A stretch of DNA of 62,292 bases, filler included. It is 4 parts of 4 records of this genome, joined end to end, with 100 filler letters (N's around TTAATTAATTAA, not from the genome) between each part and the next. Parts side by side here need not be neighbours in the genome. Positions count along the whole stretch, not along the records: positions 47,992 to 56,663 come from SRR20825006_1543; positions 56,764 to 62,292 come from SRR20825006_1553; 2 more parts are not named here. One strand, written 5' to 3'. This document shows, one piece after another, positions 48,296 through 58,040 of the stretch. Under the pieces are notes generated by a model. It saw only the letters and a list, made by a program, of their open reading frames with translations. It did not search any database and was not told the DNA's origin. Every line of letters starts with the position of its first letter. Positions within the stretch are counted from its first letter, which is position 1. The translations under genes were made by a program, and so were the position numbers.

Positions 48296-49435
48296 ATGAA
48301 GGAAGTCATTATCTTACAAGATGATGGACCTTCGGGTGATCTGGAAAACCAAAAAGCGGAGACGATTTTGACCTTCTGCGAGAAGTGCGACCAAATACCG
48401 GAAATGGCCCCAAATGAAGGCCGCCTTTACCTTTGGCCTCCTGTTGCACATACAACGGGGAAAATTCTTACCAATATCAAGAAGTCCGGGCACTCCGCAG
48501 AAAAAAGCACATCCGTTGCAACGCTTTATCTTGATTATGTCCGTCCGGGTCTGCGCCCGCTGATTGACGCGATTTCCGAAAATCTGCTGCCCGAAGAAAT
48601 CACTGACACCAAGGCGCTGATCATGCCCGGCAATAGGGAACCCCAACTTGACGACATTGCGCGCGTCACGTCGCTTGGCGCCATACGCGCACAGATCGGC
48701 GCGGAATGGCTTGGCGACATGCTGCGGGAAAATCGCCTGAATTCCGTTTTCCAACCGATTTTTGCCGTTGGAAACATCACAAAACCCTATGCCCATGAAT
48801 GCCTGATCCGCGGGACCGATAAAACCGGCAATGTCATCACACCAGATAAACTATTCGGCGCGGCCCAATCAGCCGATCTGCTGTTCCAGCTTGACCGGGC
48901 AGCCCGGGCTGCAAATGTCCGTAACGCGCACAAAGCAGGGATTTCGGGAAATCTGTTTATCAACTTCACGCCAAGTTCGATCTACGATCCGGATTCCTGC
49001 CTGCGCACAACGATTGATGTGGTGTCGGAATGCGGGTTGGATCGCAACAATGTTGTCTTTGAAGTTATCGAAACTGAAAAAGTCCGCAGTATTGAACATC
49101 TTGGTGCGATCCTGAAATCCTATCGCGATTCTGGTTTTCGGGTTGCACTGGACGATGTTGGATCGGGCTATTCGACCCTGAACATGTTGCCGCAACTGCA
49201 ACCCGACATCATTAAAATCGACCGTGAACTGATCGACCATGTTGATCAGGATAAATACAAACAGGCCATTGTCAGCAAGCTGATCGATCTGGCCAAGCAA
49301 CTCGACATTGACGTCGTCGCAGAAGGGATAGAACGCCAGGGCGAACTTGATTTCCTGACCAATCACGGCGTGGATTATGTTCAGGGATATCTGCTTGGTC
49401 GCCCTGAAGCTTTGCCCTTTGTCGCCAGCGCGTAA
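48296..49435 (+). CDS. EAL domain c-di-GMP phosphodiesterase
   Basis: FQPI, ECLIR, FINF, FEVIE, LDDVGSGYS, IKIDR, AEGIE and QGY; start uncertain. Confidence 0.92.
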   Translation: MKEVIILQDDGPSGDLENQKAETILTFCEKCDQIPEMAPNEGRLYLWPPVAHTTGKILTNIKKSGHSAEKSTSVATLYLDYVRPGLRPLIDAISENLLPEEITDTKALIMPGNREPQLDDIARVTSLGAIRAQIGAEWLGDMLRENRLNSVFQPIFAVGNITKPYAHECLIRGTDKTGNVITPDKLFGAAQSADLLFQLDRAARAANVRNAHKAGISGNLFINFTPSSIYDPDSCLRTTIDVVSECGLDRNNVVFEVIETEKVRSIEHLGAILKSYRDSGFRVALDDVGSGYSTLNMLPQLQPDIIKIDRELIDHVDQDKYKQAIVSKLIDLAKQLDIDVVAEGIERQGELDFLTNHGVDYVQGYLLGRPEALPFVASA

Positions 49436-49756
49436 CCAATACTCGCTGCCATACCCGGTTTCCGATTGCCAAAGCGGCTTTGCAAGCTGGTGGGTCCTGC
49501 AAAAGCCGGATCAGAACTGCTTCTCATTCTGTCGCAGAATCTGATTATTCCCTGGTCGGAATCACCATCGGCGAAGGGGCCGGAGGGCGAGATCGCCATA
49601 TATGCGGCAAACAGCCTAATTGAAACGCCAAATAGCCGCCGCGATGTTGCTGCATATTACGGCAACTGGCTAAGCCTAGAATTTTCTGCATCACCTGACG
49701 GGCTGATCCCGCCCTGATCCGGAACTCTACCCCCAAAGATATGACACCGAGCGTTC

Positions 49757-50386
49757 TCAGAGGTTCAGCATCGCCTCTAACTCGCGTCGTGTCATGGCCT
49801 TGTAACCCGCTACAACCCGTTTTCCTTCATCTCTGGAAACCGAAATTGCCAGACGCATGGTAGATTCGCACATATACATGATCAAAAGGCATCGTGCCGC
49901 GATATCCTCTTTATGTGCACGGGCTGCCGGTGCCAGTCGAAAGATGGTTTGGCACAGGAAATCGGCATGGGATCGGCTGACTTCAAGCTCCATATCGCGC
50001 AGGGTTTTGTCGGCCTGGGTGCCCGACCAGATGTCGCAAATTACCGGCTCCGCCAGAAACAGTTCGTAATAAATATCAACCAGCCGTTCAAACGCCGGAA
50101 CCAGCGCGTCTGCACTGGTAACCACGCCAAGACCGTCTTCAATACAATGGCGCGATTCCGCATTATAGCGATCAGCCAATGCGTGAATGATCGCCGCCTT
50201 GTCGGGAAAATACTGATATAGCGACCCAATCGAGACTCCGGCGCGTTCCGCTAGTTCCCCCATCTTCATCAGGTCACTTCCCTGCACCGAAATCAGCTCG
50301 CACGCGGCATTGAGGATATTTTCCACCCGTTCGCGGCTGCGTTTCTGCGTCGGTGCCCGGCGCATGGATTTTGCGTTTTCCGGCAA
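49757..50386 (-). CDS. TetR/AcrR family regulator
   Basis: PTQKRSRERV and AGVSIGSLYQYFPDK HTH. Confidence 0.93.
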   Translation of the reverse strand: MPENAKSMRRAPTQKRSRERVENILNAACELISVQGSDLMKMGELAERAGVSIGSLYQYFPDKAAIIHALADRYNAESRHCIEDGLGVVTSADALVPAFERLVDIYYELFLAEPVICDIWSGTQADKTLRDMELEVSRSHADFLCQTIFRLAPAARAHKEDIAARCLLIMYMCESTMRLAISVSRDEGKRVVAGYKAMTRRELEAMLNL

Positions 50387-50473
50387 TATCTTGACCCTTT
50401 ATTCATTCGCTGGCTCACGCCCGTTTTCCGATTGGCTTTCGGCATCTTTGCAACATTAGCCTCTTGACGAACA

Positions 50474-50521
50474 AAATACGAGGATTTATCACATTTACAA
50501 ATATGAGGATTATTCACGTTT
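50474..50521. promoter_or_regulatory. Tandem TetR operators in the divergent promoter
   Basis: AAATACGAGGATTTATCACATTT and AAATATGAGGATTATTCACGTTT, period 25, just after TTGACG (50464-50469). Confidence 0.65.
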
Positions 50522-50548
50522 AAAACCCGACAACAGGAGCCGAAAGTG

Positions 50549-51385
50549 ATGGACCCAAACCGCTATCTTATCCTTGGTGCCACCGCCAAAACCGGTCGGC
50601 GTGTTGCCGCCAAACTCGACAAGATGGGCTGCTATACCCGCGCCTTATCGCGCAGCACCACCCCGTCCTTCGACTGGACCCGCCCCGAAACCTGGGATGC
50701 CGCCCTTGAGGGTGTTAGTGCTGCCTACATTACCTTCCAGCCCGATCTCGCCGTCCCGGGATCGGTCGACATCATTACCGACTTTTCCAAACGCGCTCTC
50801 AAACATGGTGCGAAACGACTGGTGATGTTATCGGGCCGTGGCGAGTATGAAGCCCATCGGGCAGAAGATGCATTGCGCCAATCGGGTGCGGACTGGACCG
50901 TGCTGCGTGCCAACTGGTTTTTCCAGAATTTCGACGAGGATCTGTTCCTACCCTATTTGCAACAGGGCACTCTGGCGCTGCCGGCCGGTGACGTGCTCGA
51001 ACCGTTTATCGATGCTAACGATATTGCCGATTGTGCCGTCGCGGCACTCGTCGAACCTGTTCACATTGGCAAAACATATGAATTGTCCGGTCCAAAGGCA
51101 CTGACCTTTGCCGAGGTCACGACGCTGATCGCCGACGCAACCGGACGCGACATTGTCTTTGCCCCAATCACACTTGACGAACTTGATGCGGGCCTTGCCG
51201 CAGATGGTATCCCGGATGACTTCCGTCATCTGATCCGCTATCTGTTTTCCGAGGTCCTTGATGGCCGCAACAGCGCGACCACAGGCGATGTCGAAAAAAT
51301 CCTTGGCCGCCCACCGCGCGACTTTGCCGACTATGTTCGCGAAACGGCCCGGACCGGCATCTGGAATCAGGTTTCAGATACCTGA
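50549..51385 (+). CDS. NmrA-like NAD(P)H-binding protein
   Basis: LGATAKTGRRV, FDW, WFFQNF and IDANDIA; AGGAG RBS. Confidence 0.9.
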   Translation: MDPNRYLILGATAKTGRRVAAKLDKMGCYTRALSRSTTPSFDWTRPETWDAALEGVSAAYITFQPDLAVPGSVDIITDFSKRALKHGAKRLVMLSGRGEYEAHRAEDALRQSGADWTVLRANWFFQNFDEDLFLPYLQQGTLALPAGDVLEPFIDANDIADCAVAALVEPVHIGKTYELSGPKALTFAEVTTLIADATGRDIVFAPITLDELDAGLAADGIPDDFRHLIRYLFSEVLDGRNSATTGDVEKILGRPPRDFADYVRETARTGIWNQVSDT

Positions 51386-51440
51386 TAACCCCGCCCGTAT
51401 TTATGCAATGATTGCGATATAAAAATAAGGCAGGCGCGCC

Positions 51441-52334
51441 CTACCCGGCGACGGAGCGGAACCTGGCCGGGGTCAGGCCGGTAAAGCTGCTGAACCGCGT
51501 GGTCAGATGGGCCTGGCTTGAAAAACCGGTGGCGAGCGCGATATCGGCAACCGACAATGCCGGATCGCGCAGCATCCGTTTGGCGGCCTCAATCCGGCGG
51601 CGCAGAACATATTTATGCGGTGCCTCGCCCACCGACTGGCGGAACATGCGCGCAAAGTGATAGGGCGAAAGCCCTGCCTCGGATGAAATCTGTTCGAGTG
51701 ACAACGGCTGATCCAAATTGGCCTCGATAAAATCAAACACCCGGCGTCTGATTTGCGGAGACAGGCCGCCGCGCACCCGGAATTCCAGATCGCGTTTCGA
51801 CGAATAGCTGCGCAGCATATGCCCCATCAGCATCTGCCCAGCGCTCGACATTGCCATACGATCGGCCGGGGCACTCCAGTCCAGCGGCAACATCGCATGG
51901 CGGATTGTCTGCTCGATCAGCGTATCAAGGAAGAATGTCTTTTCAGGGACCTCAACGGCGTTGGGTTCAATATCAAACGCCTCGACCACCGCGCGTTCCC
52001 ACGCGGAATGCGGGATATAGAGGTGGAACAGTTCGACCTCGCCATTGACCACCCAGTCCGATGTCAGATGGGCCGGCATCAGGCAACAGCGCCCCGGCCC
52101 GCCACCGGTTAGCGGATCAGGTCCGATCTGGCGTTTAATGCCCGTACCACCATTGACATAAAGGCTGATGGTGTGATGGTCAGGGTCGGTATAGCGGGTC
52201 ATGACATCGGCATTACGCCGCCAGTGTGCCGCCGAAATGCTGTCGCCAAAATCACCCGCATTCAGCAGTTCGGCATCACCGATCAGCTGATTGTAGACTT
52301 CAAAATTCTGGTATCGGCCATTGGGCACAAACAT
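51441..52334 (-). CDS. AraC family transcriptional regulator
   Basis: LSPYHFARMF and GFSSQAHL double HTH; AGGA RBS before ATG 52334. Confidence 0.93.
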   Translation of the reverse strand: MFVPNGRYQNFEVYNQLIGDAELLNAGDFGDSISAAHWRRNADVMTRYTDPDHHTISLYVNGGTGIKRQIGPDPLTGGGPGRCCLMPAHLTSDWVVNGEVELFHLYIPHSAWERAVVEAFDIEPNAVEVPEKTFFLDTLIEQTIRHAMLPLDWSAPADRMAMSSAGQMLMGHMLRSYSSKRDLEFRVRGGLSPQIRRRVFDFIEANLDQPLSLEQISSEAGLSPYHFARMFRQSVGEAPHKYVLRRRIEAAKRMLRDPALSVADIALATGFSSQAHLTTRFSSFTGLTPARFRSVAG

Positions 52335-52418
52335 CGGCACGTCCTGTTTCCAAGGCACAATCATCGCATTGCAGCACCATATTGCAAAGCCCAGCGTGCG
52401 AAGGACTGCATTGATTTG

Positions 52419-52453
52419 CGCAAGATTGTGAAAAACACCGCAAGTTCGTGAAA
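52419..52453 (+). promoter_or_regulatory. Tandem direct repeat, candidate AraC-type binding sites
   Basis: CGCAAGATTGTGAAA and CGCAAGTTCGTGAAA, period 20, upstream of TATAAA (52476). Confidence 0.6.
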
Positions 52454-52544
52454 GCCCGTCCCCCTCAAAACGGTCTATAAACTGGCTTCGGATATGCCCC
52501 ACATATCATTCTCTCCCTCTCGCCACCGGAGTTACCGCTTTATC

Positions 52545-53453
52545 ATGACCGCATTGCTTTTTCTGATCGTCACGGCCTGCTGGGGATTTACCTGGTATGC
52601 GATCAAGCTTCAGATCGGGCCGATCCCGATTGAAATGTCGATCTTCTATCGCTTTTTGCTGGCTGCTGTCGTGCTGTGCGGTTTCCTGATCCTGTCGCGT
52701 AAATGGCGGCCGGTTCCGTGGCGGGCCCATCCGTGGATCGTGCTGCTGGGATGCGGGCTGTTTGGCATCAACTTTATCCTGATGTATTCGGCGACCGGCT
52801 ATATCGCATCGGGGATCGTTGCGGTGATCTTTACCACATCGACCATTTTCAATGCGCTGGGCAATTGGGCGTTCTATGGCCAACGGCCGGGTCTTCGCTT
52901 TGTTTTCGGGGCGGCGTTTGGCCTTGGCGGCATTGCGTGCCTGTTTGCCAATCAGATTTATGCCCTGTCGCATAATCCGCATGCCATCACCGGCCTTTTG
53001 TTTGCGCTTGGCGGGACGGCGGTGTTTAGCATGGGCAACATGGTTTCGGTCAAACTGAACGCGATGGGTATTCCCAACCGCGATGCGGTCGCGCGTGGCA
53101 TGGCTTATGGTGCGGTCATGCTTCTGATCTTTGCCCTGCTGCGCGGTCAGACGCCGATCCTGCCGACCGACCCGGTTTATATTGGCGGGCTTCTGTATCT
53201 GGCCATTCCGGGGTCGGTCGTTGCCTTCATTGCCTATCTGGCACTGGTGCACCGGGTCGGTGCGGGGCGTGCGGCTTATGTCACCGTCCTGTTCCCGGTG
53301 GTGGCCCTTACGGTTTCGACCTTCCTTGAAGGCTATGTCTGGACGCCGATTGGGGCGACGGGGCTTGTGATGATCTTTCTTGGCAACATCACGATATTTG
53401 CCCGCCTGCCCGGAGCAAAAGCCAGAGCCGCCAAAGCCGCCGCCAAGGCATGA
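52545..53453 (+). CDS. DMT/EamA family transporter
   Basis: WGFTW, YRF, YLAIPGS and FPVVAL motifs; about 10 TM helices; GGAG RBS. Confidence 0.92.
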   Translation: MTALLFLIVTACWGFTWYAIKLQIGPIPIEMSIFYRFLLAAVVLCGFLILSRKWRPVPWRAHPWIVLLGCGLFGINFILMYSATGYIASGIVAVIFTTSTIFNALGNWAFYGQRPGLRFVFGAAFGLGGIACLFANQIYALSHNPHAITGLLFALGGTAVFSMGNMVSVKLNAMGIPNRDAVARGMAYGAVMLLIFALLRGQTPILPTDPVYIGGLLYLAIPGSVVAFIAYLALVHRVGAGRAAYVTVLFPVVALTVSTFLEGYVWTPIGATGLVMIFLGNITIFARLPGAKARAAKAAAKA

Positions 53454-53455
53454 AC

Positions 53456-53500
53456 AAAAAACGGTCGCCTGACGATATCGCAGGCGACCGTTTGCATTTT
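53456..53500. terminator. Bidirectional terminator
   Basis: AAACGGTCGCCTG-N9-CAGGCGACCGTTT between convergent genes. Confidence 0.8.
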
Positions 53501-53501
53501 C

Positions 53502-54497
53502 CTATGCCGGTTTGGCTTTGCGACCGTGCCAGACCTCGGGATTGATCATGTGGATCGGATCGCCGTTGGCATAAGCCACCACCTGATCGAAAATATCGCC
53601 AAACTGCATGTCCAGTTCATCCTCGGTCACGAAGCCGACATGCGGGGTTGCCAGAACGTTTGGATGGTTGGCAAAACGGTCATCGGCGTCGATCAGGGGT
53701 TCGGTATCAAGCACATCGACCGCCGCCTTCCCCGGACGTCCGGCATCAAGGGCCGCCAGAAGCGCGCCCGGTGCCACCAACCCGGCCCGCGATGTGTTGA
53801 CAAACAGGCTGCCGGGCCGCATCCGGGCGAGATCATCGGCGGTAATCGTCCCGCGGGTTTCCGGCGTCAGACGCATATGCACCGTAATGATATCGGGCGT
53901 GGCAAAGAATGCCTCGCGCGATGCGGCGACATCAAGGCCGTCCTCAGCCGCAGCCTTGCGCGATGCCTCTGACGCCCAGACCAGCACATTCATCCCGAAC
54001 GCCCTGGCATAGCCCGCCACCACGCGCGAAATCTTGCCATATCCAAGGATACCGAGGGTTCGCCCGCGCAATGTCTTGCCGATTCCCATCTGCCATTGGC
54101 CTGCTTTGAGCGATGCATTCTGTTCGACGATCTGGCGGGCGGATGCCATGATCAGCGCCCATGTCATTTCCGCCGCCGCATAGGATGGCGCCTTGCCCGC
54201 CCCCTGTTTCGAACACAGCAACACGCCGCGTTTGGTGCAGGCATCAACATCGATATGCGGATAGGCACTGCGCTGACTGATCAGTTTTACGCCTGGCAAA
54301 TGTGCCAGCAATTCATCGGTGATTTTGGTGCGTTCGCGAAACAGCACGACCGCCTCCGCATCGCCAATTGCGCCCGCCAGATCGGCCGGATCATCATATT
54401 TCTGCGTGAGGATGGTCACGTCATGCCCGGCCAGTTTTTCATAGCACGGCAGATGAAAAATGCTGTCGAGATAGTCGTCAAGAATTGCGATCTTCAT
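53502..54497 (-). CDS. D-2-hydroxyacid dehydrogenase family protein
   Basis: MKIAILDDY, GYGKIS, VNTSRA, AVDV and TPHVG. Confidence 0.93.
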   Translation of the reverse strand: MKIAILDDYLDSIFHLPCYEKLAGHDVTILTQKYDDPADLAGAIGDAEAVVLFRERTKITDELLAHLPGVKLISQRSAYPHIDVDACTKRGVLLCSKQGAGKAPSYAAAEMTWALIMASARQIVEQNASLKAGQWQMGIGKTLRGRTLGILGYGKISRVVAGYARAFGMNVLVWASEASRKAAAEDGLDVAASREAFFATPDIITVHMRLTPETRGTITADDLARMRPGSLFVNTSRAGLVAPGALLAALDAGRPGKAAVDVLDTEPLIDADDRFANHPNVLATPHVGFVTEDELDMQFGDIFDQVVAYANGDPIHMINPEVWHGRKAKPA

Positions 54498-54658
54498 TCC
54501 AAATCCCGCGTCGTTTGCGAATGCGTCCGTGATACTCGCATCACAGGAATACCGGCACAAGCCAGATCGGCGCAAATATCTGAAACCATCCTTGCCGTGA
54601 CTGACGGGTGGCTGATCGCACGCCACACACGCCACGCACGCCAGCGAAAGCCCCGAAC

Positions 54659-56488
54659 CTAATCCGCTTTCATCAATTCCATTAACCGTGTGACCGCATA
54701 TTCGTAATAATCCTTGTTAACGTGAATATTGGTCAGATTGTCACTCCCAGCGAACTCGTTTTTGGTAAAGCCGGTTTCGTTGCAAAGGTCCGGCCAGGGA
54801 TGGAGAATGAATTTTGTCCTGCCCAGATTATGGGCGAGCATTTTAAATGCCTCTGTGTATGCCCGTTTGTGGACATTGTAATAACCACCATCGACAAAGT
54901 GATCCCCCAACCGAAAGCGTGCAGTTTGTTCGGGCATGTCGGGCGAAACGATCCAGAATATCCGTTTATAGGCGGTCAGCTTTTCAAGCTGCATGCCGAA
55001 GACGAGATTGGGCGTGATTTTCTGGACATACATCTTTACCAGCTCAGGCGTGACTGCATCCAGACACGGCAGGGACGGTGTAATATCGCTGCCGCCCGCG
55101 CCCTTGATTTCAGGTTTCATCTCCCCGTGCGCACGGATGATGTTATCGCCAAACAAACCCACCCCGACCAGAACCAGATCCTGCGGATTCTGGACAAAAA
55201 AATCTTTGAAGTTGAAATGTTCCTTTCGGAACACAAATGTCCTGAAACGATGGATATTTATTTCGCGATGAGGATTGTTGGCAAGAAGCCGGATCGGGGC
55301 AAAGGCAAATTTTCCCTGCCGATCATATTGATCGATCATCTGGCTGCATGCCGTCAAATGGCTGTCACCGAACGCGACAATAACGTCCCTGCCATCCCCC
55401 CCGTTTTCATATTGCCGGTTGGCAAACCCTTCGAGCATTTCTTCCTCGCAATCGGCATCCATTGATTTTGGAACCGTTGTTGAGGCGCGCTTGTTATTTA
55501 CGGGCGGCAATTCTTCTTTGGCGGCGGTGCTGTCCTGATTTCGCACGATGCCATCGGGAAAGTAGCATGTCATGAAATGGGTCATGACAGTTTCGACCGC
55601 ATCGGATTTTACGGATCGGAGATTGTCTTCGAAAAAACTGCTTCTGGCGGCCGGATTATTGATGATCTCGAACGACGGGAAATAATCGGCAAACCCGTTT
55701 TCCGATGCAAAATCCCCGGCAACAGCACGCAACACTGCCTTGGAATAGGTTGTGGATTGCAGGATGTGCCTTTCTTCATAGGTCGCGGTCAAAGGTACTG
55801 GCGACACCGTCAGGATCAGCCTGAAATCCCGCCCCCCGCGCATTTCCCGGATTGCCGTGCAAAACTGTTCAAGGTCGGCACGTATTTCAGGATAGGTGAA
55901 GTTTACAAAACTGTATTTGAGCGGATCAAAATCTCCGCCCGCAACGCCGGGCGCGACCGGAAGAACCGTGCCACAGGCATTCACCTGCCATGCCTCGGTC
56001 AGACCAAGGGTGAAAACGAGAATATCAAGATCGGTAAATGCCTTCTCGACCGCCTTGAGATGGGCTTTGCGCAATTCACCAATCGCATCACCGCTGGCCA
56101 CCGGTGCCGCAAACACATTGGGGCGCAGCGGATCGACAAAACCATCTTGCGCCTGCCAGGCCGTATCGGAGCAGACCCGCAGCCCGGCGATTTCCGCAGT
56201 CAGTTGCAGGGCCTGCCTGACCGTATAGATATTGCCGTAATTGGCCGAGAAATTCCGCGATTTGATATTGTCATCGGTATCAAAGAACGGAACATTCAGA
56301 TCACGTTCGCGCAGCCATGTTGCAATATGCTGGGCAAAGCAACTGCCCATCGTCACAACCGTATCGTCCGGCGCAATTCCCCATTTCGGCGCATGAATAT
56401 TGGCAACATTGCGCGGGTCAGAAAGCGCAACCCCGTACCGCCAGAAACGTTCCTGTTTCAAATCTTTATAAGGGTTGATCAATGTCAT
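54659..56488 (-). CDS. GSCFA domain protein with a second SGNH-like C-terminal domain
   Basis: MGSCFAQHI, FTLGLTEAW, TVSPVPL and YFPSFEII; later VAFGDSH motif. Confidence 0.88.
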   Translation of the reverse strand: MTLINPYKDLKQERFWRYGVALSDPRNVANIHAPKWGIAPDDTVVTMGSCFAQHIATWLRERDLNVPFFDTDDNIKSRNFSANYGNIYTVRQALQLTAEIAGLRVCSDTAWQAQDGFVDPLRPNVFAAPVASGDAIGELRKAHLKAVEKAFTDLDILVFTLGLTEAWQVNACGTVLPVAPGVAGGDFDPLKYSFVNFTYPEIRADLEQFCTAIREMRGGRDFRLILTVSPVPLTATYEERHILQSTTYSKAVLRAVAGDFASENGFADYFPSFEIINNPAARSSFFEDNLRSVKSDAVETVMTHFMTCYFPDGIVRNQDSTAAKEELPPVNNKRASTTVPKSMDADCEEEMLEGFANRQYENGGDGRDVIVAFGDSHLTACSQMIDQYDRQGKFAFAPIRLLANNPHREINIHRFRTFVFRKEHFNFKDFFVQNPQDLVLVGVGLFGDNIIRAHGEMKPEIKGAGGSDITPSLPCLDAVTPELVKMYVQKITPNLVFGMQLEKLTAYKRIFWIVSPDMPEQTARFRLGDHFVDGGYYNVHKRAYTEAFKMLAHNLGRTKFILHPWPDLCNETGFTKNEFAGSDNLTNIHVNKDYYEYAVTRLMELMKAD

Positions 56489-56663
56489 TTCTCGCTGCAA
56501 AAGCCATGTAACGCAATATTGGAAACAGTTTTTATCGGATGGTCGATAAAATCAAATCCTTTCCCCCAGATTCCCGTTTCCAGCCGCATATAAAATTTCA
56601 TGAAAAAGTTCTTGATTTGTTCTTTTAACTATGTCATAAGATAAAAGTCAACGGGAGAAATGC

Positions 56664-56763
56664 NNNNNNNNNNNNNNNNNNNNNNNNNNNNNNNNNNNNN
56701 NNNNNNNTTAATTAATTAANNNNNNNNNNNNNNNNNNNNNNNNNNNNNNNNNNNNNNNNNNNN
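56664..56763. other. Artificial contig linker
   Basis: N44-TTAATTAATTAA-N44. Confidence 0.99.
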
Positions 56764-57021
56764 GTCCCAATTCATAAATTTATGAAGTCCACCGGCTTCT
56801 TCAAGTATTCCGGTACCCGGTCTCAAAAAAAGATGATAGGTGTTCCCCAAAATAATATCAGGATTAATTTCATCCTTTAACTCGCGCTGGTGCACGCCCT
56901 TTACCGAGGCAACGGTGCCAACCGGCATAAATATCGGGGTCTGAATGTTGCCGTTGTCGGTCTTCAACTCCCCTGCCCTAGCCTTAGTTTTGCTATCCTT
57001 TTGTAGTAAGGTAAAATCCAA
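56764..57021 (-). CDS. tgt: tRNA-guanine transglycosylase, N-terminal fragment (truncated by contig end)
   Basis: TPIFMPVGT, ILGNTYHL and GGLHKFMNW. Confidence 0.96.
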
Positions 57022-57039
57022 TTGTTCGTTTTAGAACCG

Positions 57040-57047
57040 CAAATATA
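57040..57047 (-). promoter_or_regulatory. Bacteroidota -7 promoter element for tgt
   Basis: TATATTTG on the minus strand (TAnnTTTG consensus). Confidence 0.7.
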
Positions 57048-57126
57048 ACTAACTCTATTTCGTTCATCCTTAACAAAAAAATAAAGTTTCTGAGCATAAG
57101 CCGTTTAATAAATGTACATTCAACAC

Positions 57127-57157
57127 TTGTTTTCTACGAATAATGCGATTACATTTG
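57127..57157 (+). promoter_or_regulatory. Bacteroidota promoter for the transketolase genes
   Basis: TTG-N20-TACATTTG. Confidence 0.7.
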
Positions 57158-57177
57158 ATATCTAAATTAGAAACACG

Positions 57178-58023
57178 ATGCCGAACACGCAAGAATTACA
57201 GGACCTGGTAGTACAGGTTAGAAGGGACATTTTACGCATGGTCCATAAGGTAAATTCGGGTCACCCAGGAGGTTCTTTGGGCTGTACCGAGTTTTTTGTA
57301 GCACTCTACAATGAGGTAATGGAATTAAAAGATGGATTTGACATGGATGGAATCGGGGAAGACGTATTTTTCCTCTCCAATGGCCATATTTCGCCCGTTT
57401 TTTATAGTGTACTAGCTCGAAGAGGTTATTTTCCCATCGAGGAACTCAACACCTTTAGGCTAATCGATTCCAGATTACAGGGGCACCCCACTACCCACGA
57501 AGGTTTGCCAGGGGTTCGTGTAGCATCAGGTTCCTTGGGACAGGGAATGTCCGTTGCCATTGGTGCCGCATTGGCCAAAAAATTGAACGGTGATGATCAT
57601 TTGGTATTCAGCCTACATGGAGATGGCGAGTTACAGGAAGGTCAGAACTGGGAGGCAATTATGTATGCCGCAGGTAACAAAGTGGACAACTTGATTTCAA
57701 CCGTTGATAGAAACGGACAACAAATCGACGGTGCCACAGAAGATGTATTACCCATTGGCGATGTTGCCGAAAAATTCAGGGTTTTTGGCTGGGATGTGTT
57801 GGAAATAGAAAACGGAAACGACATAGAGCAAGTTTTGGCAGGCCTTAAAGAAGCCAAAAGCAGAACTGGAAAGGGAAAACCTGTTTGTATTGTAATGACC
57901 ACCGAAATGGGCAATGGTGTCGATTTTATGATGCACACCCATGCATGGCACGGCAAAGCCCCTAGCGATGAGCAATTGGCAAACGCATTGGAACAGAACC
58001 CAGAGACTTTAGGCGATTACTAA
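57178..58023 (+). CDS. Transketolase, N-terminal (TPP-binding) subunit
   Basis: SGHPGGSL, LQGHP, GSLGQG and GDGELQEG. Confidence 0.95.
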   Translation: MPNTQELQDLVVQVRRDILRMVHKVNSGHPGGSLGCTEFFVALYNEVMELKDGFDMDGIGEDVFFLSNGHISPVFYSVLARRGYFPIEELNTFRLIDSRLQGHPTTHEGLPGVRVASGSLGQGMSVAIGAALAKKLNGDDHLVFSLHGDGELQEGQNWEAIMYAAGNKVDNLISTVDRNGQQIDGATEDVLPIGDVAEKFRVFGWDVLEIENGNDIEQVLAGLKEAKSRTGKGKPVCIVMTTEMGNGVDFMMHTHAWHGKAPSDEQLANALEQNPETLGDY

Positions 58024-58040
58024 TTATAGAAAAAGATACG

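Noticed and set aside
49466-49717. 83-aa ORF between EAL and TetR genes
   Set aside because: TTG start, no RBS and no motif; cannot be supported as a gene or pseudogene.
55577-56593. 338-aa plus-strand ORF
   Set aside because: Antisense to the GSCFA gene with no recognisable domain.
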